NCBI GenBank assembly: GCA_951406725.2
Contig: OX597820.1
Location: 9,548,001 to 9,612,000, forward strand
DNA: 64,000 nt
Reading direction: 5' to 3'
Source: Octopus vulgaris
Taxonomy: Eukaryota
The notes below the pieces were generated by a model that was not told the DNA's origin, searched no databases, and saw nothing but the letters and a program-made list of their open reading frames with translations. Both the position numbers and the translations under genes were made by a program. Shown here one piece after another: positions 51,135 to 63,778 of the stretch (its first letter is position 1; the number at the start of each line of letters is the position of its first letter).

Positions 51135-52882
51135 ATCATCATCATCTTCATCATTGTTTAATGTCCGCTTTCCATGCTGGCATGGATTGAACGATTTGAC
51201 TGAGGACTGGCAAGCTGAGAGGCTGCACCAGGCTCCAATCTTGATCTGGCAGAGTTTCTACAGCTGGGTGCCCTTCCTAACGCCAACCACTTCAAGAGTG
51301 TAGTGGGTGCTTTTATGTGCCACCAGCATGAGGGGCACTCTGGCGGTACTGGCAATGGCCACATTCAAATGGTGTTTTTTACGTGCTACCTGCATTGGCA
51401 ACAACCTTGCTCGAATATTTTTTCACATGCCACGGGCACACATGCCTGTAAGGCGACACAGGTAATGAACATGCTCGAATGGTGCTTTTTACGTGTCACC
51501 GGTATGGGAGCCAGTCAGCTGCTCTGGCAACGATTATACTTGGATGGTGCTCTTAGTGCTCCACTAGTACAGTTGCCAGTCATTGAATTTGATTTCGATT
51601 TCACTTGCCTCAACAGGTCTTCGCAAGCAGAGTTTAGTGTCTAATGAAGGAAAGATACGTGTAAGTGGGCTGGTTACACCCCTAGCATAAGCCACGAGGT
51701 TATGGTCTCACTTGGCTTGCCGGGTCTTCTCAAGCACAGCATATTTCCAAAGGTCTCGGTCGTTAGTCCTTGCCTCGGCAAGGCCTAATGTTCGAAGGTC
51801 GTGCTTCACCACCTCATCCCAGATCTTCCTGGGTCTATCTCTTCCACAGGCTCCCTCAACTGCTAGAGTGTGGGACTTTTTTACACAGCTTTCCTCATCC
51901 ATTCTTGCCGCATGACACACACATACATGCATGCATACATATATGCATGCATGCATAGATGACAGGTTCCTTTTAGTTCCTGTCTATCAATTCCACTCGT
52001 AAAGCTTTGTTTGGCCTGGGGTTATAGTAGAAAACATTCGCCCAAGATGCCACGCAATGGGCCTGAACCTGTATCCATGTGGTTAGGAAGCAAACCTCTT
52101 CACCATGTACCCATGCCTGTCCCTCTTCATTTAAAAATTTCATATCTTCAAAAGGTTAACATGCAGTTCCAAATACTCCATTTGATAGAAAATGATTTAT
52201 TCCTTCGATTCTTGTCTAAAATATTCAGTTGTTATTGTCTTGACTGGGCGTACCTTTCTGTTAATGTGCACCTGCGTAACGAAATGATTAGTCACAGCTT
52301 ACGACTTACCTTTAGGATATATGTGACTGTGAGTCATGGCTTTGGTAGCATATGGATACCTATTGGGTCATTCATCCTTGTGGGTAATAAAAAAATCAAC
52401 ATTTTGGGTCATCCCATAAATAATGCTTTTTTTTTCAATTGCATAAACTAAAAATGGTGGTGGTGGTGGTGGTGGTGGTGGTGGGGGAAATAAACTACCT
52501 GCATCAACTTGCTATAAAAGCAGTCCAGTCGTCTCTCTTGCCCACCACATCTGATGCTTCTTAAGTCCAACTTTTCTCTCAAGGTACTTACACTCTGTCA
52601 AGTATGTACACTGACATTACACATCCATCAGAGTATAGTGGCTTCATTCCTTGCAAGCTTACATATGTCCTCAGCAGTCACGGCCCATGTTTCACTGCCA
52701 TGTAGCATGGCTGTTAATACTCATGCATCATACAGTCTACCTTTTACTCTGAGCGAGAAGCCCTTTGTCACCAGCAGAGATAAGAGCTCTCTGAACTTTG
52801 CCCAGGCTATTCTTATTCTAGCAGCTATACTTTCAGTGCACCCACCCCTGCTACTGACTTGGTCACCTAGGTAATGGAAGCT
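51135..52882 (-). mobile_element. RTE LINE copy split in two (51135-51916 and 52521-52882) by a 600-bp insertion
   Basis: 52521-52882 encodes YLGDQVSS..RLYDA..ERRL; 51916 resumes at HAARMDEESCVKK..RPRKIW, collinear with 49730-50300. Confidence 0.8.
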
Positions 52883-52883
52883 A

Positions 52884-52930
<47 letters not shown>

Positions 52931-53435
52931 GTGTGTGTCTGTGTTTGTCCCTGATCATTGCTTGACAACCGATGTTGCTGTGTTTACACCCCCGTACCTT
53001 AGCCATTTGACATAACAAACTGACAGAATAAGTACAAGTACTTGGCTTACAAAGAATAAATCCTGGGGTTGATTTCTTTGGTTAAAGGCGGTGCTCCAGC
53101 ATGGCTGCACTCACATGACTGAAACAAGTAAAACAATAAAAAACTGTGCCATTTTAATCCCGAGCAACACCGTTCATCTCTGCTGCCAGTCTATATAAGA
53201 GAGACTGTTTCCTTTCTCATGCTGTTTTGTGTTAGCAATGACCAACGAGAAACATTTCCCTCCGTCCTTCACTTTATATAAGAAGAAAAGCTTTCAGCTG
53301 AAATCGAGTAAGACGATGCCACCTTTCTCCTTTCTTCCTTTCTAGTCAGCTCTGTGCATTCTTTATTCTTTCTCTCTCTACTAGCAGACGGCAACTTCCA
53401 CACAAAAAAAAAATGAACGTAAAATATTTATATGC

Positions 53436-53436
53436 A

Positions 53437-53505
<69 letters not shown>

Positions 53506-53536
53506 CTATTTATATATGTGTATCTATGTACATATG

Positions 53537-53574
<38 letters not shown>

Positions 53575-53580
53575 ATTATA
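53436..53580. repeat. Long (TA)n microsatellite
   Basis: Directly visible; similar tracts at 9655-9690, 37385-37418, 38965-39000, 52882-52930, 62800-62845. Confidence 0.9.
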
Positions 53581-53665
53581 ATAATAATATTAGGGAGTAT
53601 ATCCAAACTTACAGGGAAAAATTAGATTTAGGATTAAATCGAATTTCACAGTATAAATATAAATT

Positions 53666-54062
53666 AAATTAGAGATAAAACCACTATTAGGCAAATCAAA
53701 CAGTGATAGACATAAACCAATACATAAATAACAAAAAATATAAAATTAATTAAAATAATATATAATATACATATAAAATATAAAATTTAAAATAAATTTT
53801 TTTACTAACCAAAAAGTATAAAAAAGTATAAAAAAGATAAATATAATATAAAAGTACTTTTATATTATATTTATCTTTTTTTATACTTTTTTAATACTTT
53901 TTGGTTAGTAAAAAAATTTTTTTAAATTTAAGAATATAAATTTTATATTTTATATGTATATTATATATTATTTTAATTATATTTATATTTTTTGTTATTT
54001 ATGTATTGGTTTATGTCTATCACTGTTTGAATTGCCTAATAGTGGTTTTATCTCTAATTTAT
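53666..54062. repeat. Spacer-less AT-rich palindrome, arms of about 195 bp
   Basis: Centre aaaagt|actttt at 53850-53861; arms match out to aaattagagataaaaccactattaggcaa / ttgcctaatagtggttttatctctaattt. Confidence 0.9.
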
Positions 54063-54080
54063 ATTTTATATATATATATA

Positions 54081-54623
54081 CGAGGGTGAGTCAAAAAATA
54101 ATACCATTTTGTTTAGGACAGGTATACCAACACAGGAACATGTATCATACATCAAAATGAAGCTGGTCCTCTTTGGATCACATCCCTACTTTTCAACATT
54201 TCTCTCAATAGCAATGTTCCACCTTCGAATTAGAGTGTGCATCCCTGCCCCATAAAATTCTGTTGACTGTTCTTTGAGCCACTTCTTCACTACCTCCACA
54301 ATCACCAGACTTAGCGCCTTCAGACTATCATCTCTTCGGCCCCATGAAAGAAGATTTAAGAAGCAAACATTATTCCAGTGATGAGGAAGTGAAAACTGTA
54401 GTGAAGAAGTGGCTCATAGAACAATCAATAGAATTTTACGGGGTAGGGATACATGCTCTCATTCAAAGGTGGAACATTGCTATTGAGAGAAATGTTGACT
54501 ATGTTGAGAAGTAGGGATGTGATCCACAGAGGACCAGCTTCATTTTGATGCATGATACACGTTCCTGTGTTGGTAATTATACCTGTCCTAAACAAAATGG
54601 CATTACTTTTTGACTCACCCTCA
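54081..54623. mobile_element. Mariner-derived MITE with ~210-bp inverted arms made from the transposase 3' end
   Basis: TA-cgagggtgagtcaaaaa ... tttttgactcaccctca-TA; internal + strand SPDLAPSDYHLFGPMKE..RW..DYVEK*. Confidence 0.85.
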
Positions 54624-57600
54624 TATATATACATATATGGAGGCGCAATGGCCCAGTGGTTAGGGCAGTGGACTCGCAGTCAAAGGATCGTGGTTTCGAT
54701 TCCCAGACCGGGCGTTGTGTGTGTTTATTGAGTGAAAACACCTAAAAGGCTCCAGCAGTGGGGTGGGTAGCGACCCCTGTTGTACTCCTTCGCCCCAACT
54801 TTCTCTCACTCTTTCTTCCTGTTTCGTGAGTAACGCTGCGATGGACTGGTGTCCAATCCAGCTGGAGGGGGGAACACATATTCCACAGAAACCGGGAAAC
54901 CGGGCCCATGAGCCTGGCTAGGCTTGAAAAGGGCATCGTTTATCATCGTTTTATATATATATATATATATATATGTCTAACCCATGCTAGCATGAAAAGC
55001 GGATGTTAAACGATGATGATGATGATGATGATGATATATATATATCAACTTCACAGCAGGAGATACAGATGAGGGCAACAGCATCAAACTCCCTCATGCA
55101 CCAAATGTCAATTTCTAAAAAGCATTAGTGAAGTAAAATTATGTAGCAACACCAAATGGCGGTGCCCCAGCATGGCCACAGCTCATGAGCTGAAACTAGA
55201 TCAGATCAAATCATAATATTCATTCCATTTTTTTTTCTTTTGATATTCTTCACTGGTTTCTCCGATGTGAGAACCTCAAGCATTAAAGTTACATACCACA
55301 AATGTAGCAGCTATCAATGTTATTCTTCACCACATCTACGTGTTACAATGTTGTCAATTAATTTGAACAGTTGTTATCATTGTTAACAATTCTTGTTATA
55401 ATTGGAGTCGTTACCTCTTCACATCAATAAGCATTACATAATTTCACCACACTGATAACACCTACTTGCTGATATATATCTGCCGCCGCATATACATACA
55501 TACATACATTAAGAATATATGAGCATGTTTAGACATGCAACTATATGGATAAACCAGAACATACAAATCCGCACATATGCATATGTAGTGGCAAAGGTGT
55601 AGCAAAAGAGGTCGTTAAGAGAGCAGATGAAGCAGACATGCAGACAACATCAAAGTAAAACAATGGGAAAGCATCGGATTGTGGTTTAAATAATTTATTT
55701 AATCGGCGCTTGCATTTACTTGTTGTATACACCAGAAAATTCACCACATGGCATTACCAACTTTGCTTTGAGTTGGTGAAGAAGAAAATAAACGAGAAAT
55801 ACTGTGTCAATATGATGAGGTGGAACCGGGCATGTTTTGTGTTTGTGTGTGCATTGGTCATTCTGTGGTGTCTGTTTATGTTCTGCCACTGCTACTACAT
55901 TGGGTCATTCATGCTGAATATGGGGTTCCCTGTTGGCTGCTTGACTGGCGCAAGTTAACTGTTGGCTGTCTGCTTGTCTCTTAACAGTTCACCTGGTGAT
56001 GGCTATCTGCATTCCCTTGACGGATTGCTGCTTAATGGCTATCTGACTGTATTTATATATTTCTTTATTGCCTACAAGGGGCTAAACATAGAGGGGACAA
56101 ACAAGGACAGACAAACGGATTAAGTCAATTACATTGACTCCAGTGCATAACTGGTACTTTATTTATCGACCCCGAAAGGATGAAAAGCAAAGTTGACCTC
56201 GGCGGGATTTGAACTCAGAACATAACGGCAGATGAAATATCGCTAAGACACACTAACGTTTCTACCAGCTCGCCGCCTTCTGACTGTATTTATAATGGTC
56301 ATGGCAGCTAGAAGGACAGACATACAACAGGAGTAATTTCTACTTATGTAGGTCACCTCCTGTTCACTTGAACCTTAAATGACGCAGCTTAGGTCGTAGG
56401 TCAAAGAGAAATCCATCCATCACTTTTTGATAGGACAAAGAAATTTCTTTTGCACCTGTTTAGCCAATGGTGGATCAGATGAGTGAGAATCCTTAGATTC
56501 AGTTTCGAATCTCAGCTCACAAAATGAAAGTGTTAGTTCTTACGCATAGATATATACAAAAGTATCCTTTTGATGCTGTTGAAATTCCAATGAAGGAACC
56601 TTGGATCTTGGTTAGAAACCGTTTCTTTCTCTATTGGCAAAAAATCTTGAAATAAAACTGATTAATGACATACATGTGTATTTATGGTGAATTAATTCCT
56701 GAACTTGTGAAGGTGCATGGCTCTGTGGTTAGAGCATCAAGCTTACAATCGTGAGGTTGTGAGTTTGAATCCTGGACCAGGCTGCGTGTTGTTTTCTTGA
56801 GCAAGACACTTTATTTCACGTTGCTCCAGTTCACTCAGCTGTAGAAATGAGTTTCGACATCACAGGTGCCAAGCAATATTGGCCCCTTTGCCTTTCCCTT
56901 GGATAACATCGGTGGTGTGGAGAGGGGAGGCCGGTATGCATGGGCGACTGTTAGTCTTCCATAAACAACCTTGCCTGGACTTGTGCCTGGGAGGGTAACT
57001 TTCTAGGGTAACAATCCCATGGTCATTCATGACCGAAGTGGGGTCTCAGCGGCAGCAATTCCTGAACTTACAGCTCTTGTACCCTGACTATGAATTCTCA
57101 TTTGTATCATCAAAGATGCATTAGTTTGTGTAGCAACAAATTTGCTTAATAACCTAGAAATACTCCATTTCACTAAGAAGAAGCAAAAGAAACTGACATA
57201 GATTCTCCAAACACAACCTATTAGTGGCACAGTGAAGATCTGTAAGACATGTGTGAATAGATACTCACACTTGGGTTTATGCATCAACAATTCAACCAAC
57301 TCAACAACATATTTGCAAATATTGGACATTTGTAGAAAGTCTTGTCGCTTTCCTAGCAACCAGCTTGATCTCTCAAGAATAACTTAAATAAAACTCAAGG
57401 AAAATCATACATACAGCGTGGAACCTTGGGCAAGTGTCTTCTACTATAGCCTCGGGCCGACCAATGCCATGTGAGTGGATTTGGTAGACGGAAACTGAAA
57501 GAAGCCCGTCGTATATATATATATATGTGTGTGAGTATGTTTGTGTATCTGTGTTTGTCCCCCTAGCATTGCTTGACAACCGATGCTGGTGTGTTTATGT

Positions 57601-58299
57601 CCCCAGCCACTTAGCGGTTCGGCAAAAGAGACCGATAGAATAAGTACTGAGCTTACAAAGAATAAGTCCCGGGGTCGAGTTGCTTGACTAAAGGCGGTGC
57701 TGCAGCATGGCTGCAGTCAAATGACTGAAACAAGTAAAAGAGTATACACATATGTACATACATAGATACATATGTACTTACATACGTACATAGTCGCCAT
57801 GATAGATCGTTAGCCACTACACACATTTTTTTCTCTCCTTGTTTTTTTCTGTGTCCCTTTCTGTAGAAGAGCATAGGCTCGAAATGTAAAAGACTTTTTC
57901 TATTCCCGAGCGTTATACTAATACATATGTTTGTTTTCTACACCACCTGTCTTCGTCTTTTGTTTTTTTCGTGAACTCTCCCCATACATATGTATATATA
58001 TATATGTACACACACGACACACACATACATGCATGCATACATATATACATGCATACATATATGCATGCATGCATGCATACACAACAGGGTTCTTTTAGTT
58101 TCTGTCTACCAAATCTACTCACAAAGCTTTGTTTGGCCTGGGGTTATAGTAGAAAACATTTGCCCAAGATGTCACGCAATGGGCCTGAACCTGTACCCAT
58201 GTGGTTAGGAAGCAAACCTCTTCACCATGTACCCATGCCTGTCCCTCTTCATTTAAAAATTTCATATCTTCAAAAGGTTAACATGCAGTTCCAAATACT

Positions 58300-58780
58300 C
58301 CATCATCATCATCATCGTTTAACATCTGCTTTCCATGCTAGCATGGGTTTGACGGTTTGACTGAGGACTGGCGAACCAGATGGCTACACCAAGCTTCAAT
58401 CTTGATCTGGCAGAGTTTCTACAGCTGGATATCCTTCCTAATGCCAACTACTCCCAGAGTGTAGTGGGTGCTTTTACGTCCCACCGGCACAGATGCCAGT
58501 AAAGCGATGCTGGTAACACTCAAATGGTGTCTTTTACATGCCGCCAGCACGGAGGCCAGATAGCTGCTCTGGCAACGATCATGCTCAGATGGTGCTCTTA
58601 ATACCCTACTAGCACGGGGCTCGAGTGCCAGTAAGGTGACGCTGGTAGCGATCACACTCAAATGGTGTCTTTTAAGTGCCAGTGGCACAGAAGCCGGTTA
58701 GCCACTCTGTCAATGATCACACTCGTATGGTGCTCTTTGCACCCTGCTAGCACGGATGCCAGTCATCGATTTTGATTTCG
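58300..58780 (-). mobile_element. RTE 3' UTR insertion (absent from the paralogous segment at about 52180)
   Basis: (CAT)n tail and UTR units; the paralog reads ccaaatactcca-tttgatagaaaat uninterrupted. Confidence 0.8.
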
Positions 58781-59017
58781 ATAGAAAATAATTTATTCCT
58801 TCAATTCTTGTCTAAATTTCTTTATATTGTTAAAATATTCAGTTGTTATTGTCTTGACTGGGCGTACCTTTCTGTTAATGTGCACCTGCGTAATAAAATG
58901 ATTAGTCACCGCTTACGACTTACCTTTAGGATATATGTGACTGTGAGTCATGGCTTTGGTAGTATATGGACACCTATTGGGTCATTCACCCTTGTGGGTA
59001 ATAAAAAAATCAAATGT

Positions 59018-59951
59018 TTCGGGTCATCCCATAAATAATACTTTTTTTTTCAATTGCATAAACTAAAATTGGTGGAGGGTGGGGAATAAACTACCTACAT
59101 TACTTTTCTATAAAAGCAGGTAGTAATTTTACTTTGTACTTATTCTTAGTGCAAGTTTTGAAGAGTGCAGTTCGATTTTAACAGTTATTTTTACAAAGCC
59201 ATAATGGAAGTGACAAAGGAGCACATTTGGCATATTTTGCTTTATGAGTTCAATAAAGGCAACAACACAGTGGAAAGTGAGAGGAATATTGAAGCAGTAT
59301 ATGGGGATCGGAGAATAAGCATAAGCCAGTGTCAACGGTGGTTTCACAAATTCTGAGCTGGAAACTACAGACTAGAAGATGAGCCTCGTCCTGGAAGGTC
59401 TTTAGAGCTTGACAAAAACATCCTGCAAACCCCAGTGGAACAAAATCCCATCGTAACTGTTGAGGAACTAGCAGAGAAGCTTGGATTTGGTTATTCAACC
59501 ATTCATTGACACCAGCACTAGAAGAAAAATGACTTGTCTTTGGTTTCAAGACAAAAGGTGTTCTTCCATCAGGATAATGCTTGGCCACATACAGTGAGGA
59601 TGACATTGCAAAGGCTGGAGCAGTTTGAATGGGAAACGATGTCCCATCCACTATATTCGCCGGATATTGTCCCATCTGATTATCATTTATTCTGTAGTTG
59701 TCAAAATCATTTCGATGGAACAAAATATGAATTCTGTAGATGAGGTCAGAACAGTACTGGAGGAATATTTTCATCACAGACAAGTGAATTTTGGAAAGAG
59801 GGGCCTTGCAAGTCTAGCTGATAAGATGGAAGAGCATTGTAGAATATGAAGGAGAGTATATTTGTAGATTAAAAAAGAACTTTGTTTATCTTAATTGTGA
59901 AAAGTAAAAGAAGTATTAATAAAAACCTGCATTATTTATGGGACAACCCAA
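59018..59951 (+). mobile_element. Internally deleted mariner element with both TIRs
   Basis: TIRs gggtcatcccataaataat / attatttatgggacaaccc; MEVTKEHIWHILLYEFNKG..QRWF.KF, LEDEPRPGR, FHQDNAWPH, HPLYSPDIVPSDYHLF with stops/frameshifts. Confidence 0.88.
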
Positions 59952-60431
59952 TACATACATACATGATCGTACATGTTTGTTTAATGTCTGTAATGTATAT
60001 GTATATATGTACACACACATACATCTATATGTATAAATATATGTACGTATAGGTATATATGTGTGTTTGTATATATATATATGTGTGTGTGTCTGTATTT
60101 GTAGATATGTAGTTATATATGTGCATATGTGTTATCATCATCATTTCATGTCCATACATGCACACTTTTGCTTGTTCAAAGGTTCAGTAATTGAAAGCTC
60201 TGAATTCATGATACTTGAGATTTCTCTTGCAGTTATAATAACCATGGACGTTTGTAGATAAATACAGGATTACCAGACGAGAATTATATTTATCAAATTG
60301 TAAATCATTTACAGCATTTTGTCGATTCAGTGTGGTTAGACCTGAAGAAAGTTAAGCTCCACTGTGTGTAAAAGTGACCTAGACACTGCATGTCACAACA
60401 GTGCACCCTGCAGTAGGGGTTAAGGGCTCTA

Positions 60432-61937
60432 GACCTTTTGATGTACTTGACTCAATAGGTCTCCTCAAGCACAGCAGGTCGCCCTACAATCCAAGGTAGT
60501 TTTGAATGGGCTGGGGCTGGTTATGTGAAACTGGTGTAGGATACAGCCTTGAACTCACTTTTTTTGCTGGGTTTTTGCAGTCACAGCATACCTCCAGAGG
60601 TCTTGGTCTTTCGTCATTGCCTCTGTGAGGCCCAACATTTGAAGGTCATGCTTGACCACCTCATCCCATGTCTTCCTGGGTCTACCTCTACTCTGAATTC
60701 CTTAAACTTTTTGGGAGTGGCACTTCTTCACACATCTCTCCTCATCCATCCATAGTACATGACCATACCAGCACAAATGTCTCTCTTGTGCATGCCACAT
60801 CCGATGCTTCTTATGTCCAACATTCCTCTCAGGGCGCTTACACTCTGTCGTGTGTGCACACTGACATTACACATCCAGCGTATCATGCTAGCTTAATTCC
60901 TTTCGAGCCTATGCATGTCCTCTGCAGTCACGGCCCATGTTTCACTGCTGTGAAGCATGGCAATTTGCACACATGCATTGTACAATCTACCTTTCACTCT
61001 GAACGAGAGGCCCTTTGTCACCAGTAGGGGTAGGAGCTTTCTGAACTTTGCCCAGGCAATTCTTATTCTAGTGGTTACACTATCTGAGCATCCACCCCCA
61101 CTACTAACTTGGTCACCTAGGTAGCAGAAGCTATCAACAACTTTTAGTTTCTCCCCATGGAGTGTAATGGAATCTGTTTTCTGAGCATCTTTCGTGTTTA
61201 TTGCCCCTGTGCATCTGCTGCACATGAACGCTATCTTCTCGGTTAATCTTCCTTTGATGTTGCTGCACCTCTTGTGTGTCCATAGCTTACACTGGGTACA
61301 TCTTATGGAGTTTCTACCTACACCTTTTCTACAGATCAAGCAGGGCCACATACCTGAAGGGGTGTTTGGTGTGTTTGCCTTCCTACTTACTAGAACTTTG
61401 GTCTTTGCTACATTGACTCTCTTTTGATTCTAAATCTTTTGATTCTAAATTTCTTTTCTAGTTTTGACAGTGATTCTGCTATGAGGGCCAGGTCATCAGC
61501 ATAGAGGAGCTCCCAGGGGCAACCCGTTTTGAATTCCTCTGTTATTTCCTGGAAGACTTTGATGAATAAAAGGGGGCTGAGGGCTGAACCGTGGTGGACC
61601 CCTACTTCTACCCGGAATTCTTCACTATACTCATTGCCAATCCTAATCTTGCTAACATCCTCTCTGTATAGGGCCTGTACAGCCCTTATTAACCATTCGT
61701 CAATCCCCAGTTTCTGCATCACCCACTAGATAAGGGATTGGGGGTCCCTGTCAAAGGCTTTCTCCAAGTCCACAAAAGCTAAGAATAGGAGTTTATCTTT
61801 AGCTAGGTATTTCTCCTGCAGTTGTCAAACCAGGAATATGGTATCAGTGGTGCTTCTACCCGGCACAAAACCGAACTGCAACTCATCTAAGCAGACTCTT
61901 TCCCTAATGAGATGGGCTATGACCCTCTCCATGACCT
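60432..61937 (-). mobile_element. Degraded RTE LINE (RT + PHD-type finger), 5'-truncated
   Basis: KVMERVI..QFGF, YADD, CLICRKGVGRNSIRCTQCKLWTHKRC, FCYLG; several frameshifts. Confidence 0.9.
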
Positions 61938-62798
61938 TATGTATATGTGGGTGTGTGTGTGTGTGTACACATATATATATATATATACATACATGTATAT
62001 ATATATACATATATATAGTTAATAAAACACGAAAAACACAACAACGCGAGGACATGGAACAAATATAGTATTATTGGACGCTCAGGGAAGAAGGAAGGTT
62101 TAACGTTTCGAGCGGAGCTCTTCGTCGGAAACATAGGAGAAGGAAAGATCCAGAGAAGGGAAGACAGAGGAAAAAAAAAATCGCCAACAGTACACACGAG
62201 GTCACACATATATGTACACACATATATATTTGTATATATATATATCATCATCCTCATCGTTTAACGTCCGTTCTCCATGCTGGCATGGGTTGGATGGTTC
62301 GACCGGGGATCTGGGAAGCCAGAAGGCTGCACCAGGCTCCAGTCTTATCTGGTAATGTTTCTACAGCTGGATACCCTTCCTAACGCCAACCACTCCATAT
62401 ATATGTATACATATATATATATATAAATTTGTTTGCTTGTTATCAGTCGTAAGACACGTGTTGTTTTCACCGTTAATGCTTCTGTATTTCATGTTTCTGT
62501 ATTCCATTATTGTTTTTTGTTTTTTTATATCTGTCCCTTTTGCTGTCCTGGTGTTCGTATGCATTCGATCCTTCTTCCAGGAAATCTACGCTTCCAGCTT
62601 AGTTTTTCTAATGCTCGTTGCTTAGTTTTTCTTGGAGGGCTGGCCGTGATCTAGTAATCTCAAGATTAATCAGCCGAAATTACTACGATGATCCGGTTCT
62701 TGACTGAAGACTGAGGGTTTCGAATGTCCTGTCCGTGTTTATTGTATCGTCTTCTAAGAGTTATACGTTCTTGTCCATGTTGTATTTTTCTACATACC

Positions 62799-62853
<55 letters not shown>

Positions 62854-63384
62854 ATATGTATCTATATATACATACATACATTACATACACAAATATATAT
62901 ATACACGCACACATATATATATAGTTTCTATCAACCAAATCCACTCACAAGACTTTGGTCAGCCCAGGGTTATTAGTTAAAGGCACTTGCTCAAGGTGCC
63001 AAGCTGTGGGATTGAACCCAAGACCTCATGGTTAGGAAATCAGCTTCTTAACCATACCCTGTTTCAGCATTAACATCCTGGAAGGGTGGTAAAGAATGGT
63101 GAATTTGTACAATCTTCACAGAAGAAGGAGACAAGTGGAAATGGTGTACAGCATGACCTGGAGCAATCCAGCCATGACACCCCTCCCCAATAATACGATA
63201 TGGCTAGAGGCTCCTATCAGGACACTTAGTGATGATTCACTTCGGCTACTTGGCAAACAGGTCTTCTACTAACCAAACATATCTAATTACATTTACCTGC
63301 CTTAACCAATCCTGTAAACACTAACACGCAAGGTAACAGCTGCACAAAAGGTAGGCAATGGCACAAGTCTTATTTATATATAAA

Positions 63385-63778
63385 CTAGCAGTATTGCCCA
63401 GCGTTGCTCGGGTTTGTAAGGGAAATAACTATATAAGCATTTTTAGAGATGTAAAGTATAATAGCCATCTCAATATGGCTAACCACAAAGGGGGGGTGTT
63501 ACTGTAGCTTTTTACGTTCTGAGATTTAATAATAAATTTTTAGAGTTACTTCCCTTATATATGCCAAAAATGCATTAAAAAATGGGAAAAATTGACGGTA
63601 AATTTTTTTAAAATCGTAGACTCATCGTAGACATGCTCTAATACCCAGAAGAGCTCGATATGAATCACGACTATAAGATACCCAGTTTTGGTTAAACTGC
63701 ACCGCAAAATGTGGGAGTAGTTACGAATCTAAATCGTAGGAGACAGACAGCACACAACCTTACTTTTATATATAAAGA
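63385..63778 (-). mobile_element. Non-autonomous Helitron-like element
   Basis: Minus strand A|TCtttatatataaaag ... cccgagcaacgctgggcaatactgCTAG|T; same 3' hairpin as 35601-35994. Confidence 0.7.

Noticed and set aside
49934-51154. Autonomous or domesticated RT gene starting MMKMMMM
   Set aside because: The Met run is the (GAT)n tail of the neighbouring RTE copy; the element lacks its endonuclease and RT N-terminus and has a frameshift near 49930.
3760-57045. tRNA genes suggested by A/B-box-like motifs
   Set aside because: Each is the head of a multi-copy SINE followed by a conserved body; none shows a clean stand-alone cloverleaf.
53346-62980. Many IYIYIY / VCVC ORFs (e.g. 53346-53672, 62666-62980)
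   Set aside because: Translations of (TA)n and (TG)n microsatellites.
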